Shown here piece after piece: positions 20,538 through 30,500 of a stretch of 64,000 bases of DNA (the stretch's first letter is position 1; the number at the start of each line of letters is the position of its first letter). The translations under genes and the position numbers were made by a program. Origin of the DNA: Candidatus Helarchaeota archaeon (GTDB lineage: Archaea > Asgardarchaeota > Lokiarchaeia > Helarchaeales > RDOG01); assembly GCA_019058315.1 (NCBI GenBank), contig JAHPZH010000004.1:128001-192000 (forward strand), in the 5' to 3' direction. Under the pieces are notes generated by a model. It ran no database searches. It was given only the letters and a program-made list of their open reading frames with translations, and was not told where the DNA came from.

Positions 20538-21311
20538 CTATTTTCTCCATCCTAAAAGATCTTCTTCTCGAACTTTCCCCATTATTTTTAGATATGCTTG
20601 TTCCAAGTCTTTTGTATCTGTCTCTTCAATTATTTTCTTAGTATCTCCTTCAATTACTAATTTTCCTTCTTTAATAATTCCAATGATATCACACAAATCT
20701 TCTGCATGTTTGAGAAGATGAGTACACAAAAAAATTGTCTTGTCTGCTTTTTTAGCAAGCTGTTGAATCATGTCTCGAACCATTAGAGAAGCTTCCGGAT
20801 CTAAATTAGATGTAGGTTCGTCAAGGAAAATTACTTTAGGATCATGAATTATCGCTGACATTAGACAAACTTTCTGTTTCATACCGCGGGAATAACCCTC
20901 TAATAAATCATTTTCTCTGCCTTTTAGTTCAAATAATTCAATTAATTCGTAAATCCTCTCTTTTAAAATAGCGCTAGGAACAGAATACAATTCTCCAATA
21001 AATTCTAGAAATTCAACACAAGTAAGTTTATCATAAAGTCCAGGAGATTCTGGTAAAAAACCAGAAATGGATTTAACCTTTTTTTGATCTTTTTGTATGT
21101 CGTAACCATTAACCTTTGCTTTTCCTGAAGTAGGTTTTATTATAGCATTAAGTATTCTAACAGTTGTTGTCTTTCCAGCACCATTCGGTCCTAAGAGTCC
21201 AAAGGTTACCCCGTGAGGAATTTCAAGGTCTAAATTATCTACAGCAATAATTTTACCAAATTTTTTAGTCAAATGTTCTGTTTGTATAATATTTTGCATA
21301 CAATTCTCCAA
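20538..21311 (-). CDS. ABC transporter ATP-binding protein
   Basis: GPNGAGKTT, YSRGMKQ, FLDEPT, CTH. Confidence 0.96.
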   Translation of the reverse strand: MENCMQNIIQTEHLTKKFGKIIAVDNLDLEIPHGVTFGLLGPNGAGKTTTVRILNAIIKPTSGKAKVNGYDIQKDQKKVKSISGFLPESPGLYDKLTCVEFLEFIGELYSVPSAILKERIYELIELFELKGRENDLLEGYSRGMKQKVCLMSAIIHDPKVIFLDEPTSNLDPEASLMVRDMIQQLAKKADKTIFLCTHLLKHAEDLCDIIGIIKEGKLVIEGDTKKIIEETDTKDLEQAYLKIMGKVREEDLLGWRK

Positions 21312-21773
21312 TTTGATTAATTTTATACTTATTATACAAATTGTATTTTAAGAATTAAAATAAAAATGTAAAATAAAAATTTTGTATAAGGTTAAAAAAA
21401 CATATCTCATTTGGATTTAGTAAAAAAGTAATAATTGTGAATTTTAAAGAAAATAAAACTAATTGAATTATTAACTTACTTAAAATTTATAAAATAAATC
21501 AAATTTTATAAATATTTTTAAGTGATTTTGTAATAATATATTGTGGAATTATTATTAAATTTAAGATATTGTCAATTTTTTAATTTAATATTAATCGAAT
21601 TTAAAATAAAAGTCGAAAAATAATTTTGAATTTCTATTTTTATTTTATGATCCTTCCTTATATTAAAGTTGTAAACATTTTAGAAATTCAAAATATTGGT
21701 TTAAAATTAAGAGAGATAATCAAAATTTGGTATATTTTACTACAAAATTGTTTCTATCAGTTATAAAATATTA

Positions 21774-22340
21774 TTGGAGATAAAATTGCAGGATTTAATT
21801 AGTAATACTAAAAAAATTATGAAAGTTCGGGGGTATAAAGTAAAAGAACAAGAAAAGTTGGATAAAAATCAAATTTTTTTAATTTGTGAAAAAAATTCTG
21901 GGAAGCCAAAAGAAGCTTTTCAAGTACTTATTTTAGGGGGAGATGGTACCACTGGTGTTGCAATTATCAGGGATATGGTCAAAGAAATGAAAAAAAAGAA
22001 AATTAATAATAAATTAATAATAGCTGGTGGCAAAGTCACAAGATCCGCTAAAAATGAAATGGAGGCAAATAAAATAGAGTTTATTCCAGCTCATTTGGTC
22101 TTAATGAATATATTAGAACATGAAATGGTTCCTAAACATGAAATAATACCTGAGGAAGAAGCAAATCAAATATTGGAAAAATATAGAATAACTCCAGAAC
22201 AGTTGCCTCTTATTTTTGATACCGATCCAGTTGCAATGATTATCGGAGCAAAACCTGGTGATTATATTAAAATAACACGTAAAAGTCAAACTGCAGGGAT
22301 GAGTATAATATATAGATTATGTATAAAAGGAGAGGAATAA
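21774..22340 (+). CDS. rpoH: RNA polymerase subunit Rpo5/RpoH with an extra ~110-aa N-terminal domain (Rpb5-like)
   Basis: C-terminal HEMVPKHEI..QLPLI..DPV..GAKPGD.IKITRKSQTAG..YR is the RpoH/Rpb5 assembly domain. Confidence 0.92.
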   Translation: MEIKLQDLISNTKKIMKVRGYKVKEQEKLDKNQIFLICEKNSGKPKEAFQVLILGGDGTTGVAIIRDMVKEMKKKKINNKLIIAGGKVTRSAKNEMEANKIEFIPAHLVLMNILEHEMVPKHEIIPEEEANQILEKYRITPEQLPLIFDTDPVAMIIGAKPGDYIKITRKSQTAGMSIIYRLCIKGEE

Positions 22341-22408
22341 TGTCAGGGATAATGTCGTTCTCTTAGAATTTAATTTTAATTTTTCTCAATTTTAATAATT
22401 TTAAATAA

Positions 22409-23368
22409 TTATACTTCTAATAAGATTTTTAATTTTTTAACTAATTCTTTGTATCTATTCCGAATTGTAACTTCAGTTACATGAGCTACATCAGCTATTT
22501 CTCTTTGTGATTGTCGTTCACCTTTAAGGATGGCTGCAATATAAATTGCTGCTGCGGCTATACCTGTGGGATCTTTTCCTGATGTAATCGATTTATTAAT
22601 TGCCATATCTATAATATCAGCAGCTTTCTTCTGAACTTGATATGATAATTTAAGATCAGCGCAAAATCGGGGAATATAATCTTTAGCATTCGAAATAGGA
22701 ATATGTATACTCATTTTTTGAATCAGTAATCGGAAAGAACGCCCTATATCTTTTTTATTTTGCCTAGAATACTTAGAAATCTCATCTAACGTCCTTGGAA
22801 CTTTTCTAAGTCTGCAAGCTGCATATAATGATGCTGCAATCAAAGCATCAATTGAACGTCCTCTAATAAGACGCTTATTAATTACCTTACGATATAAGAT
22901 GGCTGCGGTCTTTTTTACTCCCTTTGGAATATCCAATTGTGAAGTTAATCTATCCAATTCTGTCATAGCTTGAGTTAAATTTCTAGCAATTGAACCATGA
23001 ACTCGAGATCTATATTGCCATTTTCGCATTCTATAAATACGTCTTTGGCTTTTTGGTGATAATTTATTTCCATGAATATCTTTATTATGCCAATCAATTT
23101 CTGTTGATAATCCTTTATCATAAATTGAATATGAAGGTGGAGGACCCACTCTTGTTTTCTTTTTTCTCTCTAAAGGATCAAATGCCCGCCATTCAGGACC
23201 GTGGTCAATAATTTTTTCTTTAATGACCAGACCACAATTTCCACAAATTAATTCTCCACGTGAATCATCATTTATCATATTTGTTTTTTTATTGCATTCT
23301 GGACAAATATTTTTTTGAATAGTTACTTTTTCTTCAATAGTCAATTTAAAAATCCTTAGAATTGCCAA
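22409..23368 (-). CDS. tfb: Transcription initiation factor IIB (TFB), paralogue 2
   Basis: CPEC..CGNCG, DHGPEWRAF, GKDPTGIAAAAIY, VTEVTIRNRYKEL; true start may be TTG 23344. Confidence 0.97.
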   Translation of the reverse strand: MAILRIFKLTIEEKVTIQKNICPECNKKTNMINDDSRGELICGNCGLVIKEKIIDHGPEWRAFDPLERKKKTRVGPPPSYSIYDKGLSTEIDWHNKDIHGNKLSPKSQRRIYRMRKWQYRSRVHGSIARNLTQAMTELDRLTSQLDIPKGVKKTAAILYRKVINKRLIRGRSIDALIAASLYAACRLRKVPRTLDEISKYSRQNKKDIGRSFRLLIQKMSIHIPISNAKDYIPRFCADLKLSYQVQKKAADIIDMAINKSITSGKDPTGIAAAAIYIAAILKGERQSQREIADVAHVTEVTIRNRYKELVKKLKILLEV

Positions 23369-23420
23369 AAAAATTTATTTTATAGTATAGAAACCAAAAA
23401 AACGATAATTTGGATATTAA

Positions 23421-23717
23421 TTAGGAAGCAAATATTTGAATGTCTCCAGAAACAATATAAAGATATGAATTCTTAATTTGAATTTCAGAAACAATATCTG
23501 ATATGTCAAATACATAGAATTTTTTTGACTTTTTTTGTCTTTTTGTATTATTGGAAATGAATTCATAATCAATTTCTTCTGGATTATTCCCGATATTTAA
23601 TTTAAAGATAATATCATCCTCTGGAGCAATATATTTTTTTATATCTCCTGATACAGCTACAACTCGTTTTTTTTCAGATTTTAAATCTCTTAATACTCCA
23701 ATTATCATATTCATCAA
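23421..23717 (-). CDS. Hypothetical protein
   Basis: 98-aa ORF with globular composition, no overlap, co-oriented with tfb2. Confidence 0.55.
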   Translation of the reverse strand: MMNMIIGVLRDLKSEKKRVVAVSGDIKKYIAPEDDIIFKLNIGNNPEEIDYEFISNNTKRQKKSKKFYVFDISDIVSEIQIKNSYLYIVSGDIQIFAS

Positions 23718-24423
23718 TCTTACATTTTTAAAATATTAGAAGAAAAAATATTAACAAATCTAAGAGAGATATTTCCATTTTCTTCTAATAAATTATAATT
23801 ATTTCTTCAAGAAATGTATTTATGGTATGATAAATACCATTATACCTTTATATAACTGGGAAAAATGCTTCTACTTTGTTGATATAATGTCAACAAATAT
23901 TAAAAAAGAAATTTTTTAATTTCTTGAAACGTATTAATGGTTCCCAAATAATAAATATTAAAATAAATCTTTTAAATTTTATGTTTTTTATTGTTAAACA
24001 TAATTTATTACTGTTGATGTTAAAATAATCAAATTTTTTCATCCAAAGTATAATTATTCTATTATTTTTGCGAAAAAAAAAATTAATATAAAGCTACTTG
24101 AATTAACAAAAAAAAAATCTAAAAGAAGATAATTATTACAGAAAAGATAAACTGAATTGATTTTTAAATAAAAAAATAAGCAATTTATATTTCTTTTTAT
24201 ATTTTATATTTAAAAAACGATTTTTAACAAGAAATTTAATAAAATTTATAAATCATTTTACCTATATTTTATTCTAGGTAAGGTGATGCCTTAAAAAAAT
24301 ATTAATTTTTAAAATATATTCAATTTAATTTTCCATCTAAACCATAGAAGAACTCTTATTGGCTTGTTATAATTATACTGGAAAATTAAGTTTATGATAA
24401 TCTAATTCTTTATAAAATGAGTA

Positions 24424-24828
24424 GTGAAAATGCCGAAATTTAAAATTACTTCAACTTTTCGAATTGATGGTAAAAATAATGCAATTTTTATTAAAATAGG
24501 TAGATTTTTTAATGAGAAAAAAGCAAAAAAATTAAAAAATCAGCTTGCAAAACTAAAGAATCGTTATAATTTATTTAAATTCATTATAATTTTACCTAAC
24601 AAGTTAAAGTTAACTCAAAAGGCTAAAGGTCTATTGCTAGATTTTATTAAAGAAAATAATTTCATAGTGGCTTCATCTCCCATTCAAAGAGCTATGCTTA
24701 AAACAGAAGCGATATTCAGTGGAGATGACATTAATAATATCTATGAATCAGAAACTGAAGTAATAAATAAACTAAAAGAACATCATGAATTAAGTTATTC
24801 TAGAACTTTGAAAAAAAATCCAAACTAG
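24424..24828 (+). CDS. Hypothetical protein, possibly SpoIIAA/STAS-like
   Basis: Alternating beta/alpha pattern ending IYESETEVINKL, reminiscent of the F.s.eeAl.wl end of SpoIIAA-like domains. Confidence 0.5.
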   Translation: MKMPKFKITSTFRIDGKNNAIFIKIGRFFNEKKAKKLKNQLAKLKNRYNLFKFIIILPNKLKLTQKAKGLLLDFIKENNFIVASSPIQRAMLKTEAIFSGDDINNIYESETEVINKLKEHHELSYSRTLKKNPN

Positions 24829-24955
24829 AGATTTAGACTATATAAATTTTAATTATTTTAAGGATTGAAAAATGCCAAAACGAACATAAAAAAAAGTTTA
24901 AAAGTTATTTGTCCCAATTTAAATAAAATAAAACGTTTTTGAAATTTTAATTATC

Positions 24956-25780
24956 TTAAATGTCAATAACATTAATTTTATTATCGATAATTTCAGCTAT
25001 TTTTGTCCCCCTTCTATAATATTCACAGGTAAATAAGCTTATTAGTTTTTCATTAAAAAATGTCTTATATCCTCCTAGAAAAGCTTCATGAGATCGAATT
25101 AAATATTCTAAATTATTTTTAGTCATAAATTTATTGAAACTTTTTAACCCAAAAAAATAACCAATTCCTCTATAACTAAATTCGTCTTGTTGAATTGTCT
25201 CTTTTGGATCATTCCAGACGATTTGTTGTGCTATATCTGGTAGTTCTTCAAGAGTTTGAACATTTTTTGGAATATTTGCAATATCTTTTAAAGTATAGCT
25301 TTCACCTTCCTTCCTTATGGGTATTCCTCCATGAAGCATTAATATATTATTATAAACGATTGCATAAGGGAGTTTGGAAAATGTTCTTTTATAATATTCA
25401 TATACTTCTTCAAAATCTTCCTTAAAATAAGCAAAAACTTGATTATAAAAACCATAATTCATATTCATACTTGGAAATTCATGATTACCTCTCAAGAGTA
25501 TAAGTTTTTTGGGTTCCATTATTTTCATATTTAGTAAAAAATTAATATTTTGAATGGCCTTTTCGCCTCGATCTACATAATCTCCTAAAAAAATCATAAA
25601 ATCATAATTTTCAGACTTAAATTTCTGGACTATGTCATTAGTAATGTCATAATCCCCGTGCGTATCACCAACAACTAAAATTTTTTTGTATATATCATCT
25701 AAACGCAAGAGAGATGGTTCATTATCAAGAATTTTATTAACTTTTTCACATAAATCAATGATGTCTTCTTTCTCCAACAT
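24956..25780 (-). CDS. PPP-family Ser/Thr protein phosphatase
   Basis: GDTHG, GDYVDRG, LRGNHE, HGG, WNDP, IRSHE. Confidence 0.95.
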   Translation of the reverse strand: MLEKEDIIDLCEKVNKILDNEPSLLRLDDIYKKILVVGDTHGDYDITNDIVQKFKSENYDFMIFLGDYVDRGEKAIQNINFLLNMKIMEPKKLILLRGNHEFPSMNMNYGFYNQVFAYFKEDFEEVYEYYKRTFSKLPYAIVYNNILMLHGGIPIRKEGESYTLKDIANIPKNVQTLEELPDIAQQIVWNDPKETIQQDEFSYRGIGYFFGLKSFNKFMTKNNLEYLIRSHEAFLGGYKTFFNEKLISLFTCEYYRRGTKIAEIIDNKINVIDI

Positions 25781-25863
25781 AGAAATATAACATCCAAGAC
25801 TTTATTGTTCTTTTTTATATTAATTCCTAAAAATTTATTACAGCTTAATTAAAATTTAACTAT

Positions 25864-26265
25864 ATGGATATTAGTCCGAAATTAAAAAATTCAATCAAGG
25901 TCTTCGCTTCTGAGGCAGGTCGTTTCAAACTTGAAGATCTAGCTAATATAGTAGGAGTAGATAAAAAGAATATAGTAGATATTTTAAATAGTTTAGTTAT
26001 CATTGGAGAACTAGAGGGCAGTTTTGCCAATAAAAATTCAGAATTTGTTACTAATAACAAATTAAAACAAGAAGTACAAATGATTCTAGAGAATCCTAAT
26101 CTAATAGAAACTTATAACTCAGACAATGTAAAAGAAATTGATAATGAAAGAGAAAAAAATAATGTAATTTCGACAATAACCGAAATAAAAAAATGCCCAA
26201 AATGTAATATTTCCGTAGAAATTGGCGGGAAATTCTGCCCTCAGTGTGGAGAACCAATAGGATAA
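25864..26265 (+). CDS. PCI-like winged-helix protein with C-terminal Zn ribbon
   Basis: GRFKLEDLANIVGVD..ILNSL...GELEGSF; CPKC..CPQCG. Confidence 0.75.
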   Translation: MDISPKLKNSIKVFASEAGRFKLEDLANIVGVDKKNIVDILNSLVIIGELEGSFANKNSEFVTNNKLKQEVQMILENPNLIETYNSDNVKEIDNEREKNNVISTITEIKKCPKCNISVEIGGKFCPQCGEPIG

Positions 26266-26272
26266 GGATATT

Positions 26273-27529
26273 ATGGATCCAATCTTTGATCATAGTGTTT
26301 CTGATAATATTATTGATGTAGAACACCTAAGTGTTAAATATGGAAAGAAAATAGCAGTTGATGATGTTACTTTTAATCTTAAGAGGGGTGAAATATTGGG
26401 GATATTTGGGAGGAGTGGTGCTGGAAAATCTACAATTTTAAAATGTTTAACTTCCCAATTAAAACCAAATGAAGGTTCAATACTAATTAATGGTATAAAT
26501 GTTATTAAAGAAAAGAAAAAATTAATCAGTTCCATAGGGTATATACCTCAATTGGAATCCGAAAGTCTTTATGAGGATTTAAGTCCTATTTTAAACGCTT
26601 TTTATTTTGGAAGAATGCATAATTTAGAGGATGACGAAATTATTTCACGAGCTAAAAAAATTTTTAATATTCTTGGATTTTCCGAGGAACTCTATAATAA
26701 AAATGTAAAATATCTATCGGGAGGAGAAAAAAAGCGAGTTTCGATTGCTGTTGGGATGATCCACAACCCTGAAATCCTAATTCTTGATGAACCTACGACA
26801 GGTTTAGACGCACATTTAAAATTTGAAGTTCTAAATTATTTGAAAGAGCTAAATCAAAAATTAAATATCAGTCTCGTTTTAGTCACCCACGACCTTGAAA
26901 CAGCCTCAATCTGTGACTATATTGTTATTATACATGGTGGTAAAGTCACAGATTTTGGGAAAGTTTCTGATTTAATAGAATCCCTACCGAGCAAAGGAAA
27001 TTTTCTAAGAGTATCAATTAAAGGTCTAAATGAGGAAAAAATAGCTGCAATTGGTAGCATTTCAGGAGTCGAATATTTTTTTAGAACCGGGATAGATGAA
27101 GTTGAACTCTTTCTAGAGGATTTAGATACTCAAGGTTCAAATCTTCTCAATCAATTATACGAAATGGGCGATATTAATTATATTAATTCGGAAATGGCAA
27201 ATTTTTCTCATTATTTTCTAATTAAAGTTGGTGTTTTATTAAACCCAGAAGCAGTTAAAATACCAGAAAATTGTCCAATTTGCGGGACTGTTTTACCGGC
27301 AGGCATTCGTGATATACTTCGCAAAGGTAAAGATTCCATCTGCTTAATTTGTAATCAAAAAATTGAAGCCCCAAAACAAGCTGAGGTAGAAATTCCAGAA
27401 TTTTGTGAATGTGGCTTAAAAATTCCAGAGAATGTTACTTATTTATTAAAAAGAGGAATGCCAGCTCATTGTCCATATTGTGGTATAAAAATAAGATTAC
27501 CTACAGAGGATGAAGAAGAGGAATTATAG
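26273..27529 (+). CDS. ABC ATPase with C-terminal duplicated Zn ribbons
   Basis: GRSGAGKST, LSGGEKKR, ILDEPT, VTHD; tail CPICG..CLIC and CECG..CPYCG. Confidence 0.93.
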   Translation: MDPIFDHSVSDNIIDVEHLSVKYGKKIAVDDVTFNLKRGEILGIFGRSGAGKSTILKCLTSQLKPNEGSILINGINVIKEKKKLISSIGYIPQLESESLYEDLSPILNAFYFGRMHNLEDDEIISRAKKIFNILGFSEELYNKNVKYLSGGEKKRVSIAVGMIHNPEILILDEPTTGLDAHLKFEVLNYLKELNQKLNISLVLVTHDLETASICDYIVIIHGGKVTDFGKVSDLIESLPSKGNFLRVSIKGLNEEKIAAIGSISGVEYFFRTGIDEVELFLEDLDTQGSNLLNQLYEMGDINYINSEMANFSHYFLIKVGVLLNPEAVKIPENCPICGTVLPAGIRDILRKGKDSICLICNQKIEAPKQAEVEIPEFCECGLKIPENVTYLLKRGMPAHCPYCGIKIRLPTEDEEEEL

Positions 27530-27530
27530 C

Positions 27531-30500
27531 TTATTTTTCACCCTCAATTTCGATTTTTTTAACTTTTCTTTTAAATCTTATAGCAGATATTGCCCATATT
27601 ATAATTATTATTCCTAAAAATGCCCATATTATTGATAAATATAACGGATGTTCAGGGATCTTAAGTAATACCAATATTGGCCATAATAGTGGATTAGTGA
27701 CTGAAGGACGTCCTGTTGTAACGTTAAAGGTCCTATTATAATAAAGCAGTACTCCCGAAACATGATCAATATAGATGTAAATTTCATATGTTCCATTTTG
27801 TTTAATAAAACCTGTATGTAAAAAGGTTGTGTGATAACCTTCTCGAACATGGAACATGGGCATATAAAAAACAGATCCATTTGGGAGGATAAAGGCTACC
27901 AGTGCAATATCAGTGGCTACTGCTGTTCCATTTGGGGCAGTAAGGTTTACTGTAAAACAAATAATATCTCCTAAATATTTAATTTCAGGAGTTATAGTAA
28001 GAGTTATATTTACTGTTTCATTAATCAGCCATTTCGTACAATTTATAGCAAATTGGGAATTATTTTGATTATATAAGTGGTCATTATTAAAAATTTGGCT
28101 ATCTCCAATGACTATAATCTTTCCTTTATTATTTGCTTGCCAGTATACTACATAATCTGTAATATTTTGTGCATCTATAGATGATTTAGAAATAGAGAGA
28201 TTTACTGGTGATACCATTTCTACTGAAAAAATGTTTTCAGTAAATGAATAATTAGGGACTGATTGATTAGAAATTATACTATTATTGGGAAAAATGGTGT
28301 CCTTCATTTCAATCTCAAAGGTTCCATTCAATAATAAGTTAATAGAAGCATTTGCACATTCATCGGGAGTTTCTACCCATAAAAATAAGGATCCACCATT
28401 ATTTACATAATTTTGAATGTCTATAATCTCTTCATTAGAAAAATTCTTTTCCGGATCACAAATTATTAGACAATCATAATATTCTAATATTCCATAAGTT
28501 AGCTCACTTATCGGTAATTCATCAATTTTATATCCAGCATTTGTCACATTACGATAAAAATTAAAATACGCGCTGTGAATACTATCCTTTCTCTCTGGCC
28601 AATCAGTTATTGAAGAGATTGAAGTATGAGATAAATCAAAGAGAATTCTTCCTTTTGGAAAAATTATATTGAATGAAGCATTAAATAAAAAGATAGTTTG
28701 GAATAAATCTATTGTAATGTTGATATAACCTTGATAAAAGCCTGGAAGGGTCAAAACTGATGTATTTAACGTAATTGATAGAAAAATAGATCCAAAATAA
28801 CTATTTCTTGTTTGATAGTCAATATCTATCCAATCTGATATATTGCCATTTATTTCAGAAGTAATTGTTGAGAAATTCATTGCAGTTAGTATGGTTAGAT
28901 TAAAAATCGAAAAATCTCCTGAAAAATTCATCATAAATGGGAAAAATGGGAGGGAAATATTTGGAAATAACAAAGGGGTAACATTATTAAGGAAAGTAGA
29001 ATTTAAAACGAAAATATTTCTCTGAAGAACATTATCCATAAGTAGAAAATCTTGAGCTGTGTCATTATAATTCAAATCCTGTTGAATTTGGTTTAATTCT
29101 GATATAGTTGCATTTACAGCAAACCAACTTACATTAAAGATCCCCCCATCAACAGGATCCCATAATACAGTTATTGAGTTATCGAAATTAAATGGTTGAA
29201 AATTTGAAGAAAGATTAAAAATTTGTGTTATGCCTTCATATGAACTATTAGCTTGAAATTTAACTTTACCGTGGTTTATAATAGTGGAACCAACGTTAAT
29301 GACGATGATATTAGATTGTAAAACTTCATTTTCATTTAACATTCTTGTAAGTGAATGATTCTTTTTGGCGATACAAACATCTGTGATATTATTAAATTCA
29401 GAAACATTCGTAAGAATCCAAGAAGTCCGATTCTTTAAATCATCTAAAGATTTTCCTATTCCAATAGCACCCGCAAACTCTGTATTTTGACTTGTTCCAA
29501 TAATGTTAGAAAGTTTCCATTTCATAGCAAAACTTACATCTCCTACAAAATTATAAGAACTATTTTTAAGTTCGTCATCTTCTACAAACTCGTATGTATT
29601 TTCACTAGAATTCACCTCATACCACATTTGAAGGGTTGAAGTATTTGGTTTAAATCCTATATAACTAACATTTCCAGTCACATTATCGGAATCCCAAGCG
29701 TAAAACAAGTTATCTGCTATTGAATACTGTGCTTGATCATCCTCATCATAAGTATCTGTTTCATTTAAAAACAAATCCATTTTCCACCAACTGAAAAGAA
29801 AAAGATCTGTAATATCTTCTGTCCCCATGTTTCCAAAAACAAATCTAATCCTATAGGAAGTTAAATCTCCTAATTCCCAAAATGGAACAGTAGTCCGAGA
29901 AATATTTGCCCACTCCCAAGCTTCAATCACAATAGTAATGAGTAAATTACCATCAGAAAGAACAGATACTAAACGATCATAAATACCCAATGATACATAA
30001 TGTGTTTCTCGCAGAACATCAAAATCAGAGAGCCAAGTTATATTACCGTTATTATATTGAACTGCAAATATTCCGCCTAAAATATGAGAAGCGTTAAAGT
30101 CTGTAGAATTAGTATATTCAGTTAGTATTATAGATTCGCCATAGCTACCAAAACTACAATTAGAGCTGAAATCTTTTAAGAATAAAGAGGCATTTTCAGT
30201 TCCGATAAATCCTGCATAAGGAAGACTTGGGGAGTACGTCCTATTTATGCTTAAAGGATTATTCATTGTCTCGTTTAAATAAATAAATGCTGCAGTTTCG
30301 TTTAAAAGACCAGCACCTTGAATATTAGGATTTAAATTTAAATTTATAGCAGTCCTCATTAAAGCGATCTTTAAAGCCCAAGGGTTTAGAAATTTAAAAG
30401 TATATAAAAATATTGCTGCTACTCCGGCCATATAAGCTGCTGAAGCTGCAGAACCATTGAAAATTGTATAATTATCATTGATCTCTGAACCAAAACTGCT

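Noticed and set aside
18845-21311. Second ABC-2 pair as part of the novel ABC system
   Set aside because: Self-contained ATPase/permease pair with ordinary architecture, separated from the cluster by unrelated genes
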